DNA of 64,000 nucleotides from an uncultured Planctomycetaceae bacterium. GTDB lineage: Bacteria; Planctomycetota; Phycisphaerae; SM23-33. The notes under the pieces are model-generated. The model ran no database searches and was not told the DNA's origin. It was given only the letters and a program-made list of their open reading frames with translations. The stretch is taken from positions 16,381-80,380 of the forward strand of contig CAYRZU010000004.1 of NCBI GenBank assembly GCA_964428895.1, given 5' to 3'. This document shows, piece after piece, positions 55,601-63,996 of the stretch. The translations under genes and the position numbers were made by a program. The first letter of the stretch is position 1. Every line of letters begins with the position of its first letter.

Positions 55601-56773
55601 GTGAACCTAGCGGCTGAACCGATCGACCTGAATACGCTCCTGGCGCTGGCGACGACCCAGCCGGCGGGCCCGCAGCCCCTGCCGGCGGCCCGCCTGACCG
55701 GCGACGTGCACCTGATTGCCGAAAGCATCGACACCCAGGAACTGAGCCAATGGCTCGGCAACGCACCGGCCACCCCCACCACCCAACCAAGCACGCGCCC
55801 GGCTTACCGCAAACTCACCGACGACCAACGCGCCGACCTATACGCCCAAGGCGAACGCATCATCGAGCAGATCCGCCCGCCCCTGCTGGGAAGCAACATC
55901 GACCTCCGCGCGACGATCAGCTGCCTCCACAGCTACGACCCCGTTATCGGCAACAACCTCGACCTTAACGACATGCATCTGACCGGCGGCGTCGACCAGG
56001 GCCAGGTCCACTTCGAGTACGCCGGTGGCCTCAAGGGCGGCACCATTCGGCGCTCCTACGACATCGATTTCAACGACGAGACGCCCCTCATGGTCCACCA
56101 GACGCGGATCCGCAATGTCCGCGCCGACGATGACATCCGCCCCCTGGTCAGCTACACCTTCCCGGGCAACACCGTGTTGGGCTTCTTCAATCACGAAGAA
56201 GATTTCACCACCGGCCTGGCTCACATCCTGGCCAACAGCCTGGACCCCTTCTACGAACTCCACTCGATCGGCACGAGCAAGACCGTCACCATCACCGGCA
56301 CCGCCGAAGGCCAAGCCGCCCCCAAATTCATCACACGTGTGTTCCCGGGACTTAACACCGCCGCCTATCACTACCAGGAAATGACATCCTTCGGCATCCA
56401 TGGCCCCGACGACGTTGAGAATGACACCATCTTCAACGGCGCCATCTACGATACCTACATGCTCGGAAAGACCCGCCGCGACCACATCGGCCGATACGAA
56501 CTAGGCGTGATTCTCCTGAACGCCCCGCAGTCGCCGGAGTGGAACCACGCCTACCGGCAAGGGCGCGTGCCCATCCTCAAATTCAAGGCCCGCATCGAAC
56601 ACGGCGAACTCCACGACGTCAGCGTGTCCTATCCGTGGCCAAACCAATCCCTCTACACCATGTTCCTGAAGAACAACTACTTCTATCGTGTATGGGTCGA
56701 ACGCCAAAGAACCAAAGGGCTCGAGCCCTTGCCGTCTTCCGAGACGCCCGTTCCCCAAACCGAGGAGCCCTAG
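52682..56773 (+). CDS. AsmA/TamB-like large envelope protein (N-terminal membrane anchor plus long beta-rich periplasmic domain)
   Basis: 1363 aa. The N-terminal anchor is IAIRTTVFAVMFLIAAYISLPWW. It is followed by an AsmA-like block LAADLAEQTGAPVQIDRLSLSWREGVTLLGLQIDSPDGF...LRVERIQADLAPLRYLLTKRISWMEIERPVL and extended repetitive beta-strand-like sequence. Confidence 0.5.
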   Translation: MDAAKPKTRRRWRPWWQIAIRTTVFAVMFLIAAYISLPWWAPTGLLRRQLAADLAEQTGAPVQIDRLSLSWREGVTLLGLQIDSPDGFDEGPMLRVERIQADLAPLRYLLTKRISWMEIERPVLIAQVNDAWETNVTALQGLMSAAQAQRISVNRATGVLVLPGQARQQMDVGHMQFEAGHLASIGHVSVAGSLQQDEQDAPISLQVDGGRPGDPVAVRADVQFTDVRLGQLPLARFLPAAIEQLDGRCSGSAHVQVNRRGQADQIGLDLVIQDLLVDPADMDPMPTVPTAALHVDAAFDPLLGPGHLVVRELTVKLPDAVDLTGQMTLFAGALAGDWQSVQGIHLEGEVDPSRLAAMLRGQGELAPAGLSVDGAVTFSFDVDHAGATLNLQLEARAPEAVIVRNGHTLKPAGRDLAMGLALSLDSRTWACQVDQATLSLGNNSLGGAGTVADLSRLLSRWKDPQRATSLAKDLQGLQWQWQGRLADLPALAQLFPDHAGALAKVSLDGYLTASGSLGQTGPGSLEVLVDVPGQTKLSVGSALVKHPPKAISFRLAALAGDNGVALENIDMDLTTGAGRLRWDQGALSVSKQGTARANGRFEITRLEDFLACIPSLADRPDLLGGSLQGSWQALVKNGAADVDADLSHISLTPVDKTQTDLASLTGSIETHLQLERAGPQTTVQFDIDATELDLRTGLEDGPRKTAGLPLRLRGQAAVAHSADVDARVEQLSLELAGSAVTVRDMDLHRSGRAVGTFEAVISPDDGLSSLWPEAARLVAEHGLSGQAHLTGDFSVSDTHVQVAADIDAGKIALDSPLGFIKPPERPLQARVAGQFDRADSLLTVTVDEGWLDQINFSAAATCDVQARRARGRFGARTDHAQSLLSFWANAPIGLAGGGAALSADWEADRQDIAIAGGLTAADLLVPFKGKNVRLKGLASFVASLQPGENMLELSALALDGFEFEVGQSRGWLVVNLAAEPIDLNTLLALATTQPAGPQPLPAARLTGDVHLIAESIDTQELSQWLGNAPATPTTQPSTRPAYRKLTDDQRADLYAQGERIIEQIRPPLLGSNIDLRATISCLHSYDPVIGNNLDLNDMHLTGGVDQGQVHFEYAGGLKGGTIRRSYDIDFNDETPLMVHQTRIRNVRADDDIRPLVSYTFPGNTVLGFFNHEEDFTTGLAHILANSLDPFYELHSIGTSKTVTITGTAEGQAAPKFITRVFPGLNTAAYHYQEMTSFGIHGPDDVENDTIFNGAIYDTYMLGKTRRDHIGRYELGVILLNAPQSPEWNHAYRQGRVPILKFKARIEHGELHDVSVSYPWPNQSLYTMFLKNNYFYRVWVERQRTKGLEPLPSSETPVPQTEEP

Positions 56774-56776
56774 CCC

Positions 56777-58543
56777 ATGGCCCGCCAGGCCGTCTCAGCC
56801 GACCTGTTCGACCACCATCGTGGCCGAATGCCCTTGCTGCGACCCACGCCCTGGGCGCGCCGGGCCCTCTTTGTCTCCCTGAATCTGCTGATCTACACCG
56901 GCGTCAATGTCTTCTGGCGGTTCCTGGCCACGGGACACTGGGCCAACTTCAACGTTCAGGCCTACTGGCGCGGACTCCGGACACCGTTCGAAGGGCTCAG
57001 CCACCCTCTCGGCGTGACCCACTACCCCTGGATGATCCTGGTCTTCGGACTGCTGATGAGCGTGATCGTCTTCACGCCCATTGTCGTCGCGGTCATGTAT
57101 CGGCTGCGCGTGGCGCTGTTGTTCCTTCTCGTGGCCGCCCTGATCGGCCAAGCGCCGGCGTTGGTCGTCGGCGCTGGGCTGGGGTGCCTGGCCGCAGCCC
57201 GAACCAAACTGCGCAGCAACTTGCCCATGGTAGCATCCCTGTTGGGCCTGGCCCCGGCGGTGGTGGTCATCGCCTTGCTGGACCTGCTGGGCATGCTCAT
57301 GCCCGGCGACATCGCCGCGCAACCGATGTGGCGATGGGTGATGTACATGCCGTTCTTCGTCACCGGCGTCCTGGCGGTGATCGCGCTGGCGATCATTCTG
57401 GCATTGGCGAACCTGGCACGCTTTCGCCCGGGCGTCATTTGGCCGGTCTTGGCGATTCTGCTAATCGGGCCGGTGTGGATCTTCTACGATCTGGTCGGCG
57501 TAGACGAACTTCGGTTCGCGCTGATGACGCGCCCCGGCGAATCAGGGGCGCTCAGCCCCGACGACCGCCTCCTGCCGGAACTAACCGTAGACCAGTTCCG
57601 CCAGCGCCACGGGGCCCAAGGCTTGGCCGACGATCTGCTAGCCGCCCGCGCCCACGACGCCCTACAACAGCAACGGGCCGCCCTGAGCAGCGCCTGCCAG
57701 GACTTCGTCGACCGGTACCCCCTATCCAAACGCACCCCGGAGGTCCTATGGATCATGGGACAATGCGTCAGCTTGCGGGCCGATGACGCCGCCCTGGCCG
57801 GCGGCCACGTCCGCTACAGCGCCGCTCGCATCTGCCCGGAGTCCGAGCCCGTCTGGCGGAAACTCCTCGACCGATACGAAAACTCCCCCCAGGCCGCCCT
57901 GGCCCAACTGCACCTGGCGGAACTGGCCTTGCGCCGCAACGAGCCTCAGCGGGCCTACGCGCTCCTGGCCGACGCCTACGCCGACCTGGTCGCCCAGATG
58001 CCCTCCTATGCCGACCGCCTGGTCCCCCAGCATCGGTGGGGCCTGTTCGCCGACCGAGCCCAATACCCGTCCGCCAGTTACTTCGTGGCGGCGCTGCGGC
58101 GGGCCCAGTACCTGCTGTGGCTGATGGATCGCAACCTGATTCTGGATAACCCCCAGACCGCCGAAGCTCTCACCGACTGGCTGAATATCGACCCGGCCGA
58201 AGAAGCCGACCTCGCCAAGGCCCTGGCGGGCCGGGCCGACAAGTACACCCAGACCGACCTGGCCGACAACCTCCAGCTCGCCGTGGCCCTGATTGAACCC
58301 GACGTTCAACGACGGGCTAATCTGCTGGCCGAGCTGGCCCAAGGACCCGGCGACGCCGCCATTGAAGCCAATTACGAACTGGGGCGCCTCATCATGGACA
58401 GCGCCCCCGACCATCGCCCGGGCCGAATCGACCAAGCCCGCATCTGCTTCCAGAACGTGCTCGACGAAGCCCCCAACCCCTGGCACGAACTGGCCGCCCA
58501 GCGTTTACTGAATCTGCCCGCTAGTGAGGATGATCTGCCGTGA
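56777..58543 (+). CDS. Membrane protein (polytopic N-terminal domain plus helical-repeat soluble C-terminal domain), unknown function
   Basis: 588 aa. There are about 7 hydrophobic helices in residues 30-230, then an Ala/Leu-rich helical-repeat region. The gene is flanked by the TamB-like gene and a 4-nt overlap with the GT28 gene. Confidence 0.45.
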   Translation: MARQAVSADLFDHHRGRMPLLRPTPWARRALFVSLNLLIYTGVNVFWRFLATGHWANFNVQAYWRGLRTPFEGLSHPLGVTHYPWMILVFGLLMSVIVFTPIVVAVMYRLRVALLFLLVAALIGQAPALVVGAGLGCLAAARTKLRSNLPMVASLLGLAPAVVVIALLDLLGMLMPGDIAAQPMWRWVMYMPFFVTGVLAVIALAIILALANLARFRPGVIWPVLAILLIGPVWIFYDLVGVDELRFALMTRPGESGALSPDDRLLPELTVDQFRQRHGAQGLADDLLAARAHDALQQQRAALSSACQDFVDRYPLSKRTPEVLWIMGQCVSLRADDAALAGGHVRYSAARICPESEPVWRKLLDRYENSPQAALAQLHLAELALRRNEPQRAYALLADAYADLVAQMPSYADRLVPQHRWGLFADRAQYPSASYFVAALRRAQYLLWLMDRNLILDNPQTAEALTDWLNIDPAEEADLAKALAGRADKYTQTDLADNLQLAVALIEPDVQRRANLLAELAQGPGDAAIEANYELGRLIMDSAPDHRPGRIDQARICFQNVLDEAPNPWHELAAQRLLNLPASEDDLP

Positions 58544-59682
58544 GCGCGGCCGCCGCCAACGGGCCCACCGTCGCCATCATCACCGCTTCGGTCGGGGCCG
58601 GTCACAACGCCGCCGCCAACGCCCTGCGGACCACCCTCGCCGGCCGTGACGCCGATCTCCCCGTCGACATCATCGACACCATGGACCTGGTCCCCCGCTG
58701 GTTCCGCACCGTCTACGACGACGGTTACCGTCTGGCCGTGGTCCGCCTGCCACAGTTGTACGGCCTGGGGTTCCGCCTGACCGACCGCCCCCACTGCCCG
58801 GGCCTGGGCCTGACCGAACGTCCCCGCGTCGGGTTCGAGCGACGCATGCTCCGCCGCCTGCAAGCGGCCCTGCTAGACCGCCAGCCCGACCTGATCGTCC
58901 ACACCCACTTCCTGGCGCCGCTGGCAGTGGGGCACCTGATCGGCTCAGGGAAACTGCGCAGCCGCCAATGGACCGTCATCACCGACCGCAAGGTCCACCG
59001 CATCTGGCACGCCGAGCACGTGGATCGCTATTTTGTCGCCAACGCCCAATCCGCCGAGACCGTCGGCCGATGGGGAGTCGAGCCCGGGCAAATCACCGTG
59101 AGCGGCATTCCCATTCATCCGAAGTGGTCGACCCCCATCGACCGACCGGGGGGCCTGGCCCGGTGGTCGCTGCCGGGCGATCGGCCCATCGTGCTGATCA
59201 GCGGCGGAGCGACCTTCACCGCCGGGGCGGTCCTGCGGACCACCGATCGCCTGGCGCGGACCTGCCCCGATGCGTTCTTTGGCCTTCTCTGCGGAACCAA
59301 TGGTCGCCTACTCCGCCGGATCACAGCCCTGAATTACCCCAACGTGCGGGCGATCCCCATGACCACTCGCATCGACGAACTCATGGCCACCTGTTGTCTG
59401 ATGGTGACCAAGCCCGGCGGCATCCTGACGGCCGAATGTGCGGCCATGGGCGTGCCCATGGTCTTGCCGCGCCCCGTGCCCGGCCAGGAGCAGCGCAACG
59501 CCCGATTCTTCGCCCGCCGTGGGGCGGCGATCGTACTGAAGCGCTGGGGCCAAACCGCCGGCGTCGTTCGCGACCTGCTGGACGACCCGCCTCGCCTAGA
59601 GCGCATGGCCCGGGCCGCCCGGGACCTCCACACCCCGGCCGCCCAGACCATCGCCGACGCTGTCATCGACGCGCTTCGGTAA
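58540..59682 (+). CDS. GT28-family glycosyltransferase (MGDG synthase / UgtP-like diacylglycerol glycosyltransferase)
   Basis: VAIITASVGAGHNAAANAL matches the MGDG_synth N-terminal motif (compare ILTASxGxGH). The C-terminal GT-B domain has KPGGILTAECAAMGVPMV. The start overlaps the previous stop (ATGA). Confidence 0.65.
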   Translation: MSAAAANGPTVAIITASVGAGHNAAANALRTTLAGRDADLPVDIIDTMDLVPRWFRTVYDDGYRLAVVRLPQLYGLGFRLTDRPHCPGLGLTERPRVGFERRMLRRLQAALLDRQPDLIVHTHFLAPLAVGHLIGSGKLRSRQWTVITDRKVHRIWHAEHVDRYFVANAQSAETVGRWGVEPGQITVSGIPIHPKWSTPIDRPGGLARWSLPGDRPIVLISGGATFTAGAVLRTTDRLARTCPDAFFGLLCGTNGRLLRRITALNYPNVRAIPMTTRIDELMATCCLMVTKPGGILTAECAAMGVPMVLPRPVPGQEQRNARFFARRGAAIVLKRWGQTAGVVRDLLDDPPRLERMARAARDLHTPAAQTIADAVIDALR

Positions 59683-59787
59683 GGACTATTTACCCGCGCC
59701 CGCCGGAGCAGGCTTGATTGGCTCGGGGCGCTTTTCGATAATGCCCCCATCGCCGCGCAGGTTGCGCCGCGTGCAAGGAGGCACGCC

Positions 59788-60618
59788 ATGCAATCCATCC
59801 ATGTGGTTGAACCGTCGTTGCCGCTGGCCTGGGAGGCCGCCGTGATCGCCTGCTGGGAAACCGGCCACGCAGTCCCCACCGAGTACGACAAGGCCGACGA
59901 CCCCAACAGCCGCGATGTCTCCGCCCTGATCCACGTGACCGAGCCCTTTGCCGAGCCGCGCATCCACCGCGCGTTCCCGGGTGGGCTGGATGATCTGGAG
60001 AAGTACCGCTCCGAGGTACTCTACGGCGTGCACGATCATTGGATCGACCCGTCCGTCGGCAAGTGGGAGTACACTTACCACCAGCGCCTGCGCCAGTACG
60101 ACGTGCCGGCTACCGGCGTGTTCGACCAGATTGACGGCGTGGTCCACCGCCTTCGCAACGTGCCATACACTCGCCGGGCCCAGGCCGTGACCTACCAGGT
60201 CTGGAACGACATGGACGTCGACGACCCCACCTGCCTGCAGCGCCTCTGGTTCCGTATCTCCGACGGCCGACTGCACATGAACTGCCACATGCGCAGCAAC
60301 GACGCCTTCAAAGCCGCCTTCATGAACATGTACGCCTTCACCGAACTGCAGGCCGAGATCGCCGCACGGCTGGATATCGCCCCCGGACACTACATGCACA
60401 TCGCCGACTCGTTCCACATCTACGGCAGCTACTTCGATGAGTTCGAGGGCTTCCTCAAGACCGTGGCCAACCGCGCTGTCCACCAACGCCTCTACGAGAC
60501 CTCCTTCGCGCAGGATTTCTTTGTCGATGGTTGCAAGGCCTTGCTGGCCGAAGACGACATGCCCGCCGACAAGAAAGACCAACTGATCCAGCGATTGGCC
60601 CACCTGCAGGGCGCTTAG
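59788..60618 (+). CDS. thyA: Thymidylate synthase-fold enzyme (ThyA family, divergent N-terminus)
   Basis: The C-terminal two-thirds aligns with ThyA. RRAQAVTYQVWN corresponds to RRIIVSAWN; the Cys nucleophile is in DPTCLQRLWF; MRSNDAF corresponds to QRSCDVF; FMNMYAF corresponds to PFNIASY; DSFHIYGSYF corresponds to DTHLYSNH. The N-terminal 100 aa are unlike E. coli ThyA. Confidence 0.55.
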   Translation: MQSIHVVEPSLPLAWEAAVIACWETGHAVPTEYDKADDPNSRDVSALIHVTEPFAEPRIHRAFPGGLDDLEKYRSEVLYGVHDHWIDPSVGKWEYTYHQRLRQYDVPATGVFDQIDGVVHRLRNVPYTRRAQAVTYQVWNDMDVDDPTCLQRLWFRISDGRLHMNCHMRSNDAFKAAFMNMYAFTELQAEIAARLDIAPGHYMHIADSFHIYGSYFDEFEGFLKTVANRAVHQRLYETSFAQDFFVDGCKALLAEDDMPADKKDQLIQRLAHLQGA

Positions 60619-61889
60619 TCGTGAAGATCGTCCCCGATCAGTTGAATGGTGTCCTTGCCCGCTTGCTTGGCCCGGCGCAGGGCCCGATCGGCGCTGCCGA
60701 GTAGCTCGCGACAACCTTCCCCGTCGGTCGGAAACACCGCCGCCCCGCCGGACATGGTCAGCGACCCTTTGGCCTCGTCTCCCAAGGCCGCAAACGTGTG
60801 GTGGCGAATCGCTTCCCTGAATCGTCGCACCAGCGCCATGGCCGTTTGCATCGGCTGGCTATCCGGCTGGCGAGGGGGCTCGGCCTCCCACAGCAACATG
60901 GCAAACTCATCGCCCCCGATCCGCGCGACCACGTCATGCTCGCGCAAGGTCTGGCGCATCATCAGCGCGGTCTCGCGAAGGATTTCGTCGCCCACTGCGT
61001 GGCCGTAGGTGTCGTTGTAGTGTTTGAAGTTGTCCACGTCGAACAGCACCAGCGTGGCCTGACGCCCTTGCTGAGCCATCCGGCGCAGGATGCGGTCGGT
61101 TCGGACGTAGAAATACCGGGGGTTGTAGAGACCCGTCAGTTCGTCCGTAATCGCCAGGTGTCGCAGCGATTCCTGTTGGCCCGCGAGCGCCATCAGCCCG
61201 CTCAGACACAGGCTGACCGACGCCAGGAAAGCTGCCGCCTCGGGGCCCTCGGCGGGTCGACCGGATTCCGCCACCAGCGAGCGCGGGGCGGGCTGTTCGA
61301 TGTGCAGCAGTTCGGCGGCCTTATCCTCGAGGGCCTGGCGCCAACTGACCGGCTCGCCCAGGCGCCAGGCGACCAGTTCAGCCAGGGCGCCTTCCAAGCG
61401 CTCCAGCGACCGGGCCGACCGGATCAATTCCATCAGTTCGGCCGGCGTGATGCCCTGTGGCGCCGCCTCGGGCGCAGGATCGGCCACAGCGGGGGTCGGC
61501 TCGGGCGCCGGGTCTTGCGGCGCCACGCGCTGCGGGCGAGAGGCCGACCGCACACACAACTGAATCTGCGCCGGCGTGGGTGGGTACAGGAACGTCTCCT
61601 GGACCTCTTGGCCCAGGAGTGGCTTGAGTTGAGCTTCGACCTCCCGCGAGCACCACGCATAGATCGGCACCTCCGGGCGAAGCCGCCGAATTGCCTTGCA
61701 CAGGCCCGGTAGGTCTTCCTGCGGGCGGGTCAGCACCACCGACGACCACGGGCGATGCGCCACGTGCCGCAAGGCGTCGTAGGGATCCTCGCACCGCGCG
61801 CACCGCCCCGGGCCGATCCGCGAGGCCAGCTCGCGGCCGATCCAGTCTTCGGTCACCAACAGCATTTCCGGTCGGATCGAGGGGCTCAT
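60615..61889 (-). CDS. Diguanylate cyclase (GGDEF) with N-terminal degenerate receiver-like domain
   Basis: The C-terminal GGDEF domain has LVLFDVDNFKHYNDTYGHAVGDEIL and the active-site RIGGDEF. The N-terminal ~110 aa are REC-like but carry Thr where the phospho-acceptor Asp is expected (SVVLTRPQEDLPG). Confidence 0.75.
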   Translation of the reverse strand: MSPSIRPEMLLVTEDWIGRELASRIGPGRCARCEDPYDALRHVAHRPWSSVVLTRPQEDLPGLCKAIRRLRPEVPIYAWCSREVEAQLKPLLGQEVQETFLYPPTPAQIQLCVRSASRPQRVAPQDPAPEPTPAVADPAPEAAPQGITPAELMELIRSARSLERLEGALAELVAWRLGEPVSWRQALEDKAAELLHIEQPAPRSLVAESGRPAEGPEAAAFLASVSLCLSGLMALAGQQESLRHLAITDELTGLYNPRYFYVRTDRILRRMAQQGRQATLVLFDVDNFKHYNDTYGHAVGDEILRETALMMRQTLREHDVVARIGGDEFAMLLWEAEPPRQPDSQPMQTAMALVRRFREAIRHHTFAALGDEAKGSLTMSGGAAVFPTDGEGCRELLGSADRALRRAKQAGKDTIQLIGDDLHD

Positions 61890-62587
61890 GCGTCGTCCAG
61901 TAGGTCTTCCAGGTCGGCCCCTGGCGGATTGGGCGCGGGGCTAAGGGTAATCGTCTGAGGTCCCACCGGGTCGGCGGCCGACGCAGCCTGCGGCCCGAGG
62001 AACTCTCGGGCCGCCCGCAGCAGAGGCTCGTCCGGCGAAACCGGCAGGTCCACGGATTGGCAGGGCACGTAGCTGGTCAGCCGCGGCGCGGGTGGATCTG
62101 CCGCGGGCGGTGCGACTGGCCCAGCCGGCGCTTCGATCACCGGCGGGGGCGGATCAACGGGGACAGCCTCGATCGGCGGGACGGGCGACTCGGGGGCCAC
62201 GAGCTCGGGCGCTTCAGCAGGGCTGGCCGGCGCCACCGGCGCCGGCGTCGATGTCAGTTCACCGAGCAGGTCGGCTGGGTCGACCAGATGAATGCCGCGT
62301 AGGTCTTCGCTGGCCAGGCCCGCCGGCAAGGCGCCGTACCCCAGGATCTTGGCGCCGGCCTCCCGGGCGATATCCAGCAAGCTCCGGTGCCGACGCGCCA
62401 TGAGATGAAGGTCAATCACCAAGGCTGTAACGCCCCCCGCCAGGAGTTCGGCGCCTGCCTGGTAGGGGCTCTGAACGTGGATGACATCCAGCACGGTCGT
62501 CGCTCGAGAGCCGTCGCAATCGAACGGGTCGGCCGGCGAAACCACCACCACCCGCCTGCGAGAATGAACACCATCGGTCAACACCAT
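61886..62587 (-). CDS. Hypothetical protein: N-terminal receiver(REC)-like domain plus Pro/Ala-rich low-complexity C-terminus
   Basis: RVVVVSPADPFDCDG...GVTALVIDLHLMARRHRSLLDIAREAGAKILGYG is laid out like a CheY-type receiver, with a candidate phospho-acceptor Asp in VIDL. PAPVAPASPAEAPELVAPESPVPP repeats follow. There is a 4-nt overlap with the downstream GGDEF gene. Confidence 0.4.
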   Translation of the reverse strand: MVLTDGVHSRRRVVVVSPADPFDCDGSRATTVLDVIHVQSPYQAGAELLAGGVTALVIDLHLMARRHRSLLDIAREAGAKILGYGALPAGLASEDLRGIHLVDPADLLGELTSTPAPVAPASPAEAPELVAPESPVPPIEAVPVDPPPPVIEAPAGPVAPPAADPPAPRLTSYVPCQSVDLPVSPDEPLLRAAREFLGPQAASAADPVGPQTITLSPAPNPPGADLEDLLDDA

Positions 62588-62772
62588 ACTCCTGACGTCT
62601 CCGCTACCTCCGGGCCCGCCCCAACTCCCTGCACCTGCTATTGTAGATCATGGCGCCGGGCCTTGCACGGATTTGGCGGGCCGACGGACGATTCCGCCGG
62701 CATCGGAACGAGACCCTATAGCCCGTCCGGCCTCTCCCGTCAACATGTTAGGCCGAGCGGACCGCACATGAA

Positions 62773-62804
62773 ACGGCCCCGCCGCCATCAGGCAACGGGG
62801 CCGT
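62773..62804 (-). terminator. Candidate hairpin terminator downstream of the OmpA-like gene
   Basis: ACGGCCCCG-14 nt-CGGGGCCGT is a 9-bp GC stem 25 bp past the ompA-like stop on the minus strand. The trailing U-tract is weak (GTTTCATGT). Confidence 0.35.
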
Positions 62805-62826
62805 GTGGGTGGGTGTCTTCCCTCGG

Positions 62827-63615
62827 CTAGCGCACCGTGACGAACTGCCCCTTTGGCACGAGCCAGATTTCCACGCGACGGTTCGCCGCGTTGCCCTTGT
62901 TTCCTTCGGCATTGGGGACGACGGGCTGGAACTGCCCAAAGCCGATCACCGCTACCCTCGTCGGGTCCACGCCGGCGTCGGTCAGCACCTTCTCGACCTC
63001 CACCGCCCGGTGCACCGACAGGTACCAGTTGTTGGGGTGCCGGCGCTTGGTCGCTTCCTGGACGATCGGCACATCATCGGTATGACCGGCGATGTAGACG
63101 TTAAACTGCGACGCGCCGCCGGAGTTGACGATGCCGGCCAGCCGACTGAGGGCATCGAAGGCCGCCGGTTTGATATCCACGCTGCCCCTGGCGAAGGTCA
63201 GGTCCGCCTTCAGCTTGACCATGCCGTATTGCTCGGAGAACTCCAGCACGTCCGGCATACTCGCCGCCAGTTCCTGCAGCGCTAAATTCACCGGCTCGGG
63301 CAGAACCACCGTCTTGTTGAGTTGCTCTTCGTACCGCATGTACAGATCGTCATACTTCATCTGCAGGTCCTGGTTTTGCTGAACCAACATAGCGACCTGC
63401 TCATCCACCGGGCCGTGCGCCTCCAGCTGGGCCAGCAGATCCTCGTTCTCCGCTAGCAACTCATCCTTGTCCCGCTCGCAGCCCTTGAGCTGATCGGACA
63501 ACTTGCGATTCAGGCTGTTGGCCTTATCGAGCTTCGATTTCTCGACCATACAACCGCCGGCGCTCATGGCGCCGATGATGAGCACAATCATCCCGACGAC
63601 GTGTAAGTTTCTCAT
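62827..63615 (-). CDS. OmpA/MotB-family peptidoglycan-binding (lipo)protein with coiled-coil linker
   Basis: The signal and Cys are MRNLHVVGMIVLIIGAMSAGGC. A heptad-like ELLAENEDLLAQLEA region follows. The C-terminal OmpA-like domain has FARGSVDIKPAAFDALSRLAGIV...NRRVEIWLVP. Confidence 0.75.
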   Translation of the reverse strand: MRNLHVVGMIVLIIGAMSAGGCMVEKSKLDKANSLNRKLSDQLKGCERDKDELLAENEDLLAQLEAHGPVDEQVAMLVQQNQDLQMKYDDLYMRYEEQLNKTVVLPEPVNLALQELAASMPDVLEFSEQYGMVKLKADLTFARGSVDIKPAAFDALSRLAGIVNSGGASQFNVYIAGHTDDVPIVQEATKRRHPNNWYLSVHRAVEVEKVLTDAGVDPTRVAVIGFGQFQPVVPNAEGNKGNAANRRVEIWLVPKGQFVTVR

Positions 63616-63693
63616 AGCGTTCTGTCCTTTCGCTCGCGGCCAGGCCCTGGCCCCCGCGATGCGGTTGGGTTTACGTTCTGTGGACGCTGGGCT

Positions 63694-63996
63694 CTAGCCA
63701 CCCGCTCGTTGGATGGCGGCCTGTCGCTCCGCGGCGGACTTGCTGATCATGAATCCCGCCAACGCGCCGATACCCAGCACAGCCACCGACCCGATGATCA
63801 CGGCAAAGAAGTTATCTCCCAGCCACGCTGCGAAGGGCGGGTTGAACTTGAGCATCGCCGACAGCGCCAGCGCCGCCGCCACCATGCCGATGACCACACA
63901 CCCGACGATCATGCCGCCGAACAGGCCCGCCATGGGGTCGACTTCCTCGACCACCATCGGCTCGGCCGCAACCGCAATCGTGCTGGTGCTGGCCAA
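63694..63996 (-). CDS. Small membrane protein (two TM helices), unknown function
   Basis: 100-aa ORF with hydrophobic helices GGMIVGCVVIGMVAAALALSAML and FFAVIIGSVAVLGIGALAGFMI. It lies close to the window end. Confidence 0.4.
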   Translation of the reverse strand: MASTSTIAVAAEPMVVEEVDPMAGLFGGMIVGCVVIGMVAAALALSAMLKFNPPFAAWLGDNFFAVIIGSVAVLGIGALAGFMISKSAAERQAAIQRAGG

